Positions 8,626 through 17,569 of a stretch of 64,000 nt of DNA are shown here, in pieces. Each line of letters starts with the position of its first letter. Position 1 is the stretch's first letter. Source of the stretch: an uncultured Chloroflexia bacterium (GTDB taxonomy: Bacteria; Chloroflexota; Anaerolineae; Anaerolineales; Anaerolineaceae). The position numbers were made by a program, and so were the translations under genes. Location of the stretch: positions 5,533 through 69,532 of the forward strand of contig CAVVKI010000003.1 in NCBI GenBank assembly GCA_963749005.1. The letters are read 5' to 3'. The notes under the pieces were generated by a model, which was not told the DNA's origin, did no database searches, and worked only from the letters and a program-made list of their open reading frames with translations.

Positions 8626-9180
8626 GTGAAAGAAATCTCTCTCCACATTCTCGATATTGCAGAGAACAGTGTTGCAGCTGGAGCCACAAAGGTGACCATT
8701 GCAGTCCTGGAGGATATTGCCTACGACCGCTTGCGTCTCTGTGTTACGGATAATGGCAAAGGAATTGCGCCTGAAATGATTGCCAGCGTACTGGATCCTT
8801 TTACCACATCGCGCACAACCCGCAAGGTTGGTCTTGGAATCCCTCTCCTTAAAGCAGCCGCTGAAATGTGCCAGGGATTTTTGAATCTTGAATCTCAGCC
8901 AGGTATCGGTACCAGTCTGACTGTCGAATTTAAACGTAATCATATTGACCGTATGCCGATGGGTGATCTTACAGGCACAATTCTGCAATTGGTGATCAGC
9001 TATCCCGAAATTAACTGGGTTTTTATTTACGCAGTGGACGAAAATGAATTTGTTTTTGACGATCAGTTACTGAAAAAAGAACTGGAAGGAATCTCTTTAA
9101 CAGAACCAGTTGTTCTTTCATTTATCCGACAAGAAATTGAAAGCGGTTATTTGGAAATTCAACCATCATTGGAATTTTAA
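8626..9180 (+). CDS. Histidine-kinase-like ATPase (HATPase_c only) protein
   Basis: 184 aa. N-box ILDIAENSV, DNGKGI, TTRKVGLGIPLLK. Its position between NuoE-like and ferredoxin genes matches hyd operons of Thermoanaerobacter-type organisms. Confidence 0.7.
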   Translation: MKEISLHILDIAENSVAAGATKVTIAVLEDIAYDRLRLCVTDNGKGIAPEMIASVLDPFTTSRTTRKVGLGIPLLKAAAEMCQGFLNLESQPGIGTSLTVEFKRNHIDRMPMGDLTGTILQLVISYPEINWVFIYAVDENEFVFDDQLLKKELEGISLTEPVVLSFIRQEIESGYLEIQPSLEF

Positions 9181-9204
9181 TAAATATTAAGAAAGAGGAA
9201 ACAA

Positions 9205-9573
9205 ATGCCTACCATCAATAGTTTGGACGATTTAAAAAGAGTACGGGAAGAAGCTTTACGAAAAAGAGATATGAAGAGTGCCGCAGGGCAGAAACAGATA
9301 ATTATCGGCATGGGTACCTGCGGAATTGCTGCTGGTGCTCGCGATACCATGAAGGCCATTCTGGAAAAAATTGAAGGAGAAGGGTTATCCGGCATATCTG
9401 TTACACAAACCGGCTGTATTGGCTTATGTGAAATGGAACCCATTGTTCAGGTTCAAATTGGTGACTCAGAAAAAGTAACGTACGGAAAAGTAAACTCTGA
9501 AATAGCCGCACAAATAGTGGAGAAACATGTATTGGGCGGAAACGTTTTTAAAGAATATGTAATTAATTTATAA
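9205..9573 (+). CDS. Thioredoxin-like [2Fe-2S] ferredoxin (HydD-like)
   Basis: 122 aa. GMGTCGIAAGA … TGCIGLCEMEPIV. Good SD (AAGAGGAAA). Confidence 0.75.
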   Translation: MPTINSLDDLKRVREEALRKRDMKSAAGQKQIIIGMGTCGIAAGARDTMKAILEKIEGEGLSGISVTQTGCIGLCEMEPIVQVQIGDSEKVTYGKVNSEIAAQIVEKHVLGGNVFKEYVINL

Positions 9574-9610
9574 GTATTAAGTACCGATTATTGGAAGCAG
9601 GTTACCAAGT

Positions 9611-11392
9611 ATGAAATATTTTCGTTCCCATGTTCTTGTATGTGTTGACCCGGAATGTCTCGCAAAGGGTGCACATCAGATATTAGATTCTCTCAATGAT
9701 GAACTGGTTGCTACCGGGTTGATTGACGAGATACAGGTTCTGGAAACTTCTCGCATCGGTGCGTGTGCATCCGGACCGGAAATTATGGTTTATCCTGAAG
9801 GTGTTCATTACGTCGGCCTCACGCCAGACGATCTTCCATATCTGGTGGATGAGCACTTCTTAAAAGGCCGTATCGCCACGAAGTTTCAGGCCGTAACGAA
9901 AAAAATTACAGATGAAGAGCTTTCCGCGCCGACATCCAAAGAAGTCCGGATCGTATTAAGAAATTGCGGTGTCATTGACCCAGAAAATATCGAGGACTAT
10001 ATCGCCCAGGATGGTTATATGGCACTCGCTAAAGCCTTGAGCGAAATGAGTTCCGATGACATTCTGGCTGAAATGAAAAAATCCGGGTTGCGCGGGCGCG
10101 GTGGGGCTGGATTTCCCACTTATTTGAAATGGCAATTCACCCGCGATTCCAAATCAGATCTACGCTATATCGTTTGTAATGCAGATGAAGGTGACCCTGG
10201 CGCTTTTATGAATCGCCGTGTTCTTGAATCTGATCCTCATTCTGTCATAGAAGGTATGGCCATTGCTGCCTATACCATTGGAGCACGGTACGGTTATATA
10301 TACTGTCGGGCTGAATATCCGATCGCTGTGCAAACACTCAACCTGGCAATCAAACAAGCGAAAATGATGGGCCTGCTTGGCGAGAATATCATGGGCTCCG
10401 ATTTTTCATTCGATCTGGAAGTGAGAATGGGTGCCGGTGCCTTTGTTTGTGGGGAAGAAACCGCCTTGATGAACTCGATTGAAGGCAAAAGAGGCGAACC
10501 ACGACCTCGTCCTCCCTTCCCGTCAGTAAAAGGGCTCTGGGAAAAACCTACCAATATTAATAACGTTGAAACGTATGCCAATGTTCCCCAAATTATCTTA
10601 AAAGGAGCAGAATGGTTTGCCAGTTTTGGTACCGAAAAGAGCAAGGGCACCAAAACATTCGCACTTGCCGGTGATATCAATCATACCGGCTTGATCGAAG
10701 TTCCACTTGGAATCAGCTTGCGAGAGATTATTTTTGATGTGGGTATGGGCATAAAGGACAATAAAGGCTTTAAAGCTGTGCAAACCGGTGGTCCAATGGG
10801 CGGCTGCTTACCTTCCGATGAACTCGATTTATCTGTCGATTATGAATCATTGATTGCAGCAGGTTCGATGATGGGTTCCGGCGGAATGATCGTCATGGAT
10901 GAAGATACCTGCATGGTGGATATTGCCCGCTATTTCATGGATTTTACCCAGGACGAAAGCTGTGGAAAATGTACCCCCTGCCGTGTAGGCACAAAGCGAA
11001 TTCTGGATGTTCTGGAACGCATTTGCGATGGTAAAGGGCAGGAAGGTGATATTGAATTATTGGAAGAGTTATGTGTCCAGGTCAAATCTAATTCACTGTG
11101 TGGTCTTGGCCAGGGCGCTCCAAACCCTGTGGAAAGCACATTGCGCCATTTTCGTTCAGAATACGAAGCCCACATTTATGAAAAGAAATGCCCGGCTAAA
11201 GTTTGCAAGGCGTTGATTCGATATGAAATTCATGAAGAAGCCTGCACCGGTTGTACTGTCTGTGCCCGAAACTGTCCGGTTGACGCGATCAGCGGCGAAA
11301 GACGCTCTCCGCATTTTATCAATCCGGATGTTTGTGTTCGCTGTGGTATTTGCTTACAGGTGTGTAATTTTAATGCGATCGAGGTAGTTTAA
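9611..11392 (+). CDS. NuoF/HydB-like FMN- and NAD(H)-binding flavoprotein subunit with a C-terminal 2x[4Fe-4S] ferredoxin domain (copy 1)
   Basis: 593 aa. GLRGRGGAGFPT (FMN/NADH), ESCGKCTPCR (N3 cluster), N-terminal Trx-like domain with CVDPEC…GAC, and C-terminal CTGCTVCARNCP plus CVRCGICLQVC. Confidence 0.9.
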   Translation: MKYFRSHVLVCVDPECLAKGAHQILDSLNDELVATGLIDEIQVLETSRIGACASGPEIMVYPEGVHYVGLTPDDLPYLVDEHFLKGRIATKFQAVTKKITDEELSAPTSKEVRIVLRNCGVIDPENIEDYIAQDGYMALAKALSEMSSDDILAEMKKSGLRGRGGAGFPTYLKWQFTRDSKSDLRYIVCNADEGDPGAFMNRRVLESDPHSVIEGMAIAAYTIGARYGYIYCRAEYPIAVQTLNLAIKQAKMMGLLGENIMGSDFSFDLEVRMGAGAFVCGEETALMNSIEGKRGEPRPRPPFPSVKGLWEKPTNINNVETYANVPQIILKGAEWFASFGTEKSKGTKTFALAGDINHTGLIEVPLGISLREIIFDVGMGIKDNKGFKAVQTGGPMGGCLPSDELDLSVDYESLIAAGSMMGSGGMIVMDEDTCMVDIARYFMDFTQDESCGKCTPCRVGTKRILDVLERICDGKGQEGDIELLEELCVQVKSNSLCGLGQGAPNPVESTLRHFRSEYEAHIYEKKCPAKVCKALIRYEIHEEACTGCTVCARNCPVDAISGERRSPHFINPDVCVRCGICLQVCNFNAIEVV

Positions 11393-11459
11393 AAACCTGG
11401 GGATATGGTTCGAAAATTGAACTTTTCCCGGAGCTGAAAAAATTTTGAAGGAGCTGTGC

Positions 11460-11942
11460 ATGACGATTGAAGGAGTTTTTAATATTGAAATACAAGAAGC
11501 CGTTGATAAAGCAATTTTGTCACATGGAGAGTCGCGTGCTGAATTAATTCCTATTTTGAACGATGTCAATCGTGCGCTGGGTTATTTGCCGGCAGAAGCC
11601 CTGGAAGAAATCAGCCACCGCCTTAAGTCTCCGCGATCTTCACTATTCTCGGTGGCAAGTTTTTATCATATGTTATCAACCAAACCGCGCGGAAAGCATG
11701 TGATTCAATTTTGCGAGAGTGCACCATGTCATGTCGCTGGCGGTCGCGAAGTATGGCAGACATTAAGAGACCTTGTCGAGCTTGAAGATGGTGAAACATC
11801 AACGGATGGAAAATGGTCCTTGATCACCACCAGCTGTTTGGGTCTCTGCGGCGTCGGTCCCGTCATTGTGATCGACGAGGATGCCTATGGCAATGTGAAA
11901 CCTGATCAAATCGCCGAAATTTTAGCGAAATACACGGATTGA
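11460..11942 (+). CDS. hoxE: NuoE/HoxE-like [2Fe-2S] subunit (copy 2)
   Basis: ATG 11460 preceded by GAAGGAG. CESAPCHVAGG … CLGLCGVGPV. Confidence 0.85.
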   Translation: MTIEGVFNIEIQEAVDKAILSHGESRAELIPILNDVNRALGYLPAEALEEISHRLKSPRSSLFSVASFYHMLSTKPRGKHVIQFCESAPCHVAGGREVWQTLRDLVELEDGETSTDGKWSLITTSCLGLCGVGPVIVIDEDAYGNVKPDQIAEILAKYTD

Positions 11943-11953
11943 GGAGAATACCA

Positions 11954-13588
11954 ATGAAAACGATACGATCAATGGTTTTAGTATCCAGCGATCCCATAAG
12001 TATGGAGCGTGGTGGTCAATCAATTTTTGATAATCTACAAACTGAAATTCAAAAGTTCGGCATACAGGATGAAATATCGATCACTCAAGTCGGAGATATC
12101 GGCCGCCACGATGCCTTACCAGTCGTGATTGTCTATCCGGAAGCAGTCATCTACGGCCCGGTTCTTCCCGAAAATGTAGCCTTCCTGGTAGAAGAACATT
12201 TATATAAAGGACGTGTGGCCAGTGAATTTCAAGCCTCACCAAAAGAACTTACCGGTAAAATTGCCTGGCTAAATGCTCGCAAAGGTACCATGCCAGCCGA
12301 ACAGCGCATTGTTCTCCAAAGAGCAGGCATCATCGATCCCACCAATATTGAAGACTACATCTTACATGAAGGTTACCAGGCAATTGGTAAAGTCCTTGCA
12401 GAAATGACTCCCAAAGATGTTATGGATGAGTTGAAAAATTCCGGTCTGCGTGGTCGGGGTGGTGCAGGTTTCCCCACAGGTCTCAAATGGACATTTGTCG
12501 CAGGTGCCAAAGGCGATAAGAAATATGTCATCTGTAATGCAGATGAATCCGAACCTGGAACTTTCAAGGATCGATTAATCCTGGAAGGTGACCCGCATAG
12601 TATTATCGAAGCTTTGATGATTGCAGCTTATGCGGTTGGATCGGATGAGGGTTATCTCTACATTCGCGGAGAATATGCTCTCGCTCAGGAAAGAGTGAAA
12701 ATTGCCATCTCGCAGGCGCGTGAAATGGGTCTGCTTGGTAAAAATATCTTCGGAAGTGAATTTAGCTTTGATTTACACATTCATAGCGGTGCAGGTGCTT
12801 ATATCTGCGGGGAAGAAACAGCCTTGCTGGAGTCAATCGAAGGTCGTCGTGGTGAACCCCGTGCAAGACCACCTTACCCAACCACATCCGGTTTATGGGG
12901 TAAGCCAACCCTTGTCAACAATGTCGAGACCCTGGCAAATGTGCCTGCAATAATCCGCAATGGTGCTGAATGGTATAAAAGTTTTGGAACCCCATCGAGC
13001 CCGGGCACAAAGGTATACACAATTCTCGGCAATGTAAATGTGACTGGATTAATAGAAGTTCCTATGGGAATCACCCTTCGCGAAGTCATATCCATTTATG
13101 CCAAAGGCATGAAAAATAATGCCACTTTCAAAATGGCACAAACAGGCGGTTCCAGTGGATCCATTATTCCAGCCAGTCTGCAGGATACCCCTATGGATTT
13201 CGATTCCTTCCAAAAGGCAGGTGTTGCCCTCGGTTCTGGTGCATTGTTAATTTGTGATGATAACAACTGCGTCGTTGATCTGGCAAAGGTTCTCCAAAAC
13301 TTCTTCCGCAAAGAAAGCTGCAGTAAGTGCAATCCCTGTCGCATTGGCAACGAACGGGCTTTTTCAATTTTAGAAAACATTTCCCAGGGTACTGGCACCA
13401 TGCAGGATTTGGATGACTTGCTGCTAATCAGCAAAAATCTGAATGAACTTTCAAACTGTGGTTTAGGACAAACAGCCGGAACACCAGTTCATGATATATT
13501 GACCCACTTCCGAGCCGAAGTGGAAGCTCACATAAAATTAAAAGTATGTCCCGCTGGCATTTGCCAAATGAGCGGCATCCGAATATAA
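11954..13588 (+). CDS. hoxF: NuoF/HoxF-like flavoprotein subunit (copy 2, no C-terminal ferredoxin domain)
   Basis: ATG 11954 preceded by GAGGAG. GLRGRGGAGFPT and ESCSKCNPCR. The N-terminal Trx-like domain has no Cys, and the protein ends shortly after the core. Confidence 0.9.
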   Translation: MKTIRSMVLVSSDPISMERGGQSIFDNLQTEIQKFGIQDEISITQVGDIGRHDALPVVIVYPEAVIYGPVLPENVAFLVEEHLYKGRVASEFQASPKELTGKIAWLNARKGTMPAEQRIVLQRAGIIDPTNIEDYILHEGYQAIGKVLAEMTPKDVMDELKNSGLRGRGGAGFPTGLKWTFVAGAKGDKKYVICNADESEPGTFKDRLILEGDPHSIIEALMIAAYAVGSDEGYLYIRGEYALAQERVKIAISQAREMGLLGKNIFGSEFSFDLHIHSGAGAYICGEETALLESIEGRRGEPRARPPYPTTSGLWGKPTLVNNVETLANVPAIIRNGAEWYKSFGTPSSPGTKVYTILGNVNVTGLIEVPMGITLREVISIYAKGMKNNATFKMAQTGGSSGSIIPASLQDTPMDFDSFQKAGVALGSGALLICDDNNCVVDLAKVLQNFFRKESCSKCNPCRIGNERAFSILENISQGTGTMQDLDDLLLISKNLNELSNCGLGQTAGTPVHDILTHFRAEVEAHIKLKVCPAGICQMSGIRI

Positions 13589-13626
13589 ACCTGAAATTAT
13601 AGAATTGGATTAAGGAGAAAATCGAT

Positions 13627-15561
13627 ATGTATCATCTAATCATCGATGACAAAGAAATCGAAGTACCGGAAGGGACAACTGTTTTAAATGCAGCCCGTAT
13701 CGCGGGAGTTGAAATTCCAACGCTTTGTGACCATCCAGCACTTGAACCTTATGGTGGCTGCCGCCTTTGTCTGGTGGATATTGAAGGGGCACGGACGTTA
13801 CAACCGGCCTGTACTTTACCAGCCAGCGAAAATATGGTTGTGCATACCCAAACCAAAAAAGTAAAAGATGCGCGTAAGTTCGTGTTATCTATGATCTTTA
13901 GCGAACGCAACCATTTTTGCCCTTACTGCCAGGTAAGCGGTGGTGATTGTGAATTGCAAAATTCTGCCTACGCAGAAGATATAACTCACTGGCCACTACA
14001 ACCAAATTGGCATCCTTTTGAAGTAGATGCCTCACATCCTTATTTTGTCCTTGATCACAACCGCTGCATTTTATGCCGGCGCTGTGTGCGTGCCTGTGCT
14101 GAGCTGGTAGGAAATTATACGCTGGGAATGGAAGAACGCGGTTCCAAGACGATCCTCGTTGCAGATTTAGGGGTACCCCTCGGAAGCAGCTCGTGCATCT
14201 CTTGCGGCGTATGTGTCCAAATTTGCCCAACTGGCGCATTGATTGATCGCTGGAGTGCTTATCGCGGTCATGAAACGGATATCCAAAAAACTGACACTAT
14301 TTGTGTAGGTTGTTCACTCGGCTGTGGAATCGACGTGCTCACCCGAAATAATAGTCTCGTTCGTATTGAAGGTGATTGGGATGCAGAAATTAACGGCGGC
14401 GTTCTTTGTGAAGTCGGCCGCTTCTTGCCCATGGCTGATAAACGCCAAAAGATTGTCACACCCATGATTCGTAAAAATGGCAGTTTGAAAGCTGCTACCT
14501 GGGAAGAAGCCATGTCAGTCGTCTATAGCAAACTACAGCCCCTGATTGGCCATCCTGAGGATGGCGTTGCTGCTATCGCTTCTACACGTCTGCCCGTCGA
14601 GAGCCTGGATTTATTCAAGCAGATATTCTCTGATAAATTCGGCAGCAAAATGGTAACCTCAACAGAAGAGGGCTATTTTACAGCCGGACTCGATGGATCA
14701 GAAATAGAGCTAACACATCAGGAAGGACTTAAAGCCATTGGAAAATCCGATCTGATTCTGACGATTGGGGTTGATTTGACCAATGACCATCAAGTGGCTG
14801 GCTTTTTCGTGAAAAGGTCCATTGAAAAAGGGACCAAAGTTATCCCTGTCTACACAGAAAAAACCGGAATGGATACATTAACCCAGTATGCCACTTTGAT
14901 TCGCGAAGGCAGTGAAATTAATTTTATCCAGGCTCTCAATGCAAAATTGAATGGCGAAGCGTATGAAGAGAAATTAACCAGGAGTGGCGTTCCTTCCTCA
15001 AAATTAGATAAAATTGCAGATATGCTGAAACAGGCTGAAAATGTGTTGTTAATTTTCGGTAGTGAATTTTCTGTTAAAAACAAAGCGGAAGTCGTTCAAG
15101 CAATCGTACAACTGGCGAAAAATAACCATTACAACTATGTTAATTTTAAAGGCAAGGCGAACTCTACCGCAGCCCTGGAATTGGACCTCGAAAACGTTTT
15201 TGGAGTCAATAACCATCAGGTTGCCTATCTGGCACTCGGCGATGAGGAACCCAGTCAATTGCTGTTGCAACGCGTTGAGGATGTTCCATTCATGGTTGTT
15301 CAAGCCAGTTATCATTCAGCTATCACCGCGAAAGCAGATGTTGTTCTGCCGGTTACAAATTGGCTCGAGCAAGATGGTCACTATATTAACGCCGATGGAA
15401 TTGTTCAGAAAGCAATTGGCGCGTTGCAACCATCCGTTGATGTGCGTTCTAACCAAGCAGTTCTGGAAAATCTGGCGGCAGGTCTCCAACTGGAAGTAAA
15501 CCAGGAATGGATACAATCCATTTTGCAATCAACAAGGTCTGCTGAATTTCAGGCGGCATAA
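13627..15561 (+). CDS. hoxU: NuoG/HoxU-like Fe-S subunit with an extended molybdopterin-oxidoreductase-like C-terminal domain
   Basis: 644 aa. [2Fe-2S] C-x10-C-x2-C-x13-C at the N-terminus; HFCPYCQVSGGDC (His-ligated 4Fe-4S); CILCRRCVRAC and CISCGVCVQICP; CVGCSLGC…C (Mo-enzyme-type 4Fe-4S). About 380 further aa resemble the non-catalytic NuoG C-terminal domain. No H-cluster motifs. Confidence 0.8.
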   Translation: MYHLIIDDKEIEVPEGTTVLNAARIAGVEIPTLCDHPALEPYGGCRLCLVDIEGARTLQPACTLPASENMVVHTQTKKVKDARKFVLSMIFSERNHFCPYCQVSGGDCELQNSAYAEDITHWPLQPNWHPFEVDASHPYFVLDHNRCILCRRCVRACAELVGNYTLGMEERGSKTILVADLGVPLGSSSCISCGVCVQICPTGALIDRWSAYRGHETDIQKTDTICVGCSLGCGIDVLTRNNSLVRIEGDWDAEINGGVLCEVGRFLPMADKRQKIVTPMIRKNGSLKAATWEEAMSVVYSKLQPLIGHPEDGVAAIASTRLPVESLDLFKQIFSDKFGSKMVTSTEEGYFTAGLDGSEIELTHQEGLKAIGKSDLILTIGVDLTNDHQVAGFFVKRSIEKGTKVIPVYTEKTGMDTLTQYATLIREGSEINFIQALNAKLNGEAYEEKLTRSGVPSSKLDKIADMLKQAENVLLIFGSEFSVKNKAEVVQAIVQLAKNNHYNYVNFKGKANSTAALELDLENVFGVNNHQVAYLALGDEEPSQLLLQRVEDVPFMVVQASYHSAITAKADVVLPVTNWLEQDGHYINADGIVQKAIGALQPSVDVRSNQAVLENLAAGLQLEVNQEWIQSILQSTRSAEFQAA

Positions 15562-15587
15562 TGATTGTAGAAAAGAGGAAATAATCG

Positions 15588-16130
15588 ATGAGTAAACCAA
15601 AAGTAGCAACAGATTGGATGGCTGGCTGTGCCGGCTGTCATATGTCCTTACTGGATATGGACGAGCGCATCTTGCAGGTGCTTGATCTTGTTAATTTACG
15701 TTCTTCACCCATCACTGACTTGAAAGAGGCAGACGAAGATGGTGTTGCAGTAGGAATCCTCGAAGGAGGAATTAATAACACTTCCAATGAACATCAGGCA
15801 AAATTAATGCGTTCGCGCTGTACATATTTAGTCGCCCTGGGCGATTGTGCTGTGTTCGGAGGCGTTCCCGCCATGCGCAACTTTTTTACACTGGAAGAGA
15901 CTTTGCGACGTGCTTATGTAGAAACAGAAAGCACGGATAGCGAAGGCTTTATCCCTACCGATCCCGAATTGGCTGTACCCACTCGTGTGCGGGCAGTTCA
16001 GGAAGTCGTTCCTGTTGACCTTCACGTTCCTGGCTGTCCTCCGGATGCCGATGTTATATTTTACGTGTTGGCTGAGCTGGCTCAAGGTCGCATCCCGGAA
16101 TTAAAGGGCGACAAACTGCATTGGCACTAG
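15588..16130 (+). CDS. hoxY: [NiFe] hydrogenase small subunit, group 3 (HoxY-like)
   Basis: 180 aa with no Tat signal. CAGCHMSLLD, GDCAVFGG and PGCPP proximal-cluster cysteines. Confidence 0.85.
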   Translation: MSKPKVATDWMAGCAGCHMSLLDMDERILQVLDLVNLRSSPITDLKEADEDGVAVGILEGGINNTSNEHQAKLMRSRCTYLVALGDCAVFGGVPAMRNFFTLEETLRRAYVETESTDSEGFIPTDPELAVPTRVRAVQEVVPVDLHVPGCPPDADVIFYVLAELAQGRIPELKGDKLHWH

Positions 16131-16138
16131 GAGAAATA

Positions 16139-17566
16139 ATGGTTGCACAAAAAATAACAATCGAACCGGTAACCCGGATTGAAGGACATGCGAAGATCAC
16201 AATTCACACCAAAGAGGATGGATTGGTTGACCATGCCTACCTGCATGTCAATGAATTCCGTGGCTTTGAAAAGTTTTGCGAAGGCAGAATGGTTTTCGAA
16301 ATGCCTTTGATTACTCCCCGAATTTGTGGGATCTGTCCAGTCAGCCATCACCTGGCGGCAGCAAAAGCCGGCGATGCTGTACTGGGAGCTCCCCCTCCCC
16401 GCCCGGCTTCGCTACTCCGGGAATTAATGCACATGGGTCAAATTATCCAATCGCATGGCATGCATTTCTTTGAATTGGCTGGACCTGATTTACTGTTGGG
16501 TTTTGATGCAGACCCAGAAATTCGCAATGTGGTTGGCTTGATTCAGGCTGCTCCAGAAATCGCAATTAAAGCAGTGGCTTTACGCAAGTACGGTCAGGAA
16601 ATTATCCATTTGCTGGGTGGCCGTCGCATTCATCCAGTATTTGCTGTTCCAGGCGGTGTAAACAAAGCCTTAACCATTACTGAACGTGATGAAATTCTGG
16701 CAGGTCTGGATGAAACGATTGCAACAACTCAGCTTGGCATCCAAATAATGCGTGATTGGGCTGAGAAAAATATGGAAGACGTCCAAAAATTTGCTGTGTT
16801 TCCCACCGGCTACCTTGGTTTAATTACACCAGAAAATGGTCTGGAATTGTACGACGGCAAAATTCGCCTGGTTGATCAGACAGGGATCCAACTCGAACGT
16901 TTCGATGTAGCTGATTATCTGGAGAATATCTCCGAACATGTTGAAAACTGGTCTTATTTGAAGTTCCCATATTACAAAAAAATGGGTTGGCCGGCAGGTG
17001 TTTATCGGGTGGGACCATTAGGTCGACTTAACATTGCTGATAAGATTGATACACCCCTGGCACAGGAAGAATTTTTGCGCTATCGCAAAATCAATGATGG
17101 CCGGCCGATCGAAAATACGCTCTATTATCACTATGCCCGCCTGATCGAAACATTGTTCGCTGCCGAACGCGTGCAAGTACTTCTGGATGATGAGGACATA
17201 CTTTCTAATGACATCCTCAACACCCAACATAATTTCCAGGGTGTAGGTGTCGGCGTTATTGAAGCACCACGCGGCACATTGATCCACCATTATCAGGCGA
17301 ATGAAAATGGACAGCTTGAGAAAGTCAATCTCATTGTTTCCACCGGACACAACAATTATGCTATGAGCAAAGCCGTGGATATGGTCGCAAAAACATATAT
17401 TACCGGACCGAATGTATCCGAAGGCATCCTAAACAGGATTGAAGCGGCTGTTCGTGCACATGATCCCTGCCTTTCTTGTTCCACCCACGCAGTCGGTCAA
17501 ATGCCGATCATGATTGATATTGTTAATCCGGAAGGAAAAACGATCCAGACTATCCGCAGGGATTAA
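16139..17566 (+). CDS. hoxH: [NiFe] hydrogenase large subunit, group 3 (HoxH-like)
   Basis: ATG 16139 preceded by GGAG. RIEGH, L1 motif [10 protein letters not shown] and L2 motif DPCLSCSTH, followed by a 25-aa cleavable C-terminal extension. Confidence 0.95.
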   Translation: MVAQKITIEPVTRIEGHAKITIHTKEDGLVDHAYLHVNEFRGFEKFCEGRMVFEMPLITPRICGICPVSHHLAAAKAGDAVLGAPPPRPASLLRELMHMGQIIQSHGMHFFELAGPDLLLGFDADPEIRNVVGLIQAAPEIAIKAVALRKYGQEIIHLLGGRRIHPVFAVPGGVNKALTITERDEILAGLDETIATTQLGIQIMRDWAEKNMEDVQKFAVFPTGYLGLITPENGLELYDGKIRLVDQTGIQLERFDVADYLENISEHVENWSYLKFPYYKKMGWPAGVYRVGPLGRLNIADKIDTPLAQEEFLRYRKINDGRPIENTLYYHYARLIETLFAAERVQVLLDDEDILSNDILNTQHNFQGVGVGVIEAPRGTLIHHYQANENGQLEKVNLIVSTGHNNYAMSKAVDMVAKTYITGPNVSEGILNRIEAAVRAHDPCLSCSTHAVGQMPIMIDIVNPEGKTIQTIRRD

Positions 17567-17569
17567 TGG

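Noticed and set aside
10294-10680. Long antisense ORFs inside large genes (for example 10294-10680, 23736-24098, 24117-24494, 49427-49843, 5378-5809)
   Set aside because: These are shadow ORFs opposite well-supported genes. They have no SD and their composition is low-complexity or Ser/Pro/Arg-rich.
13627-15561. Could this 644-aa protein be the missing [FeFe] HydA, or a Sec-containing formate dehydrogenase?
   Set aside because: None of the three H-cluster motifs is present. The ORF is continuous with no in-frame TGA, and I found no Mo-ligand Cys/Sec context. It is best described as NuoG-like.
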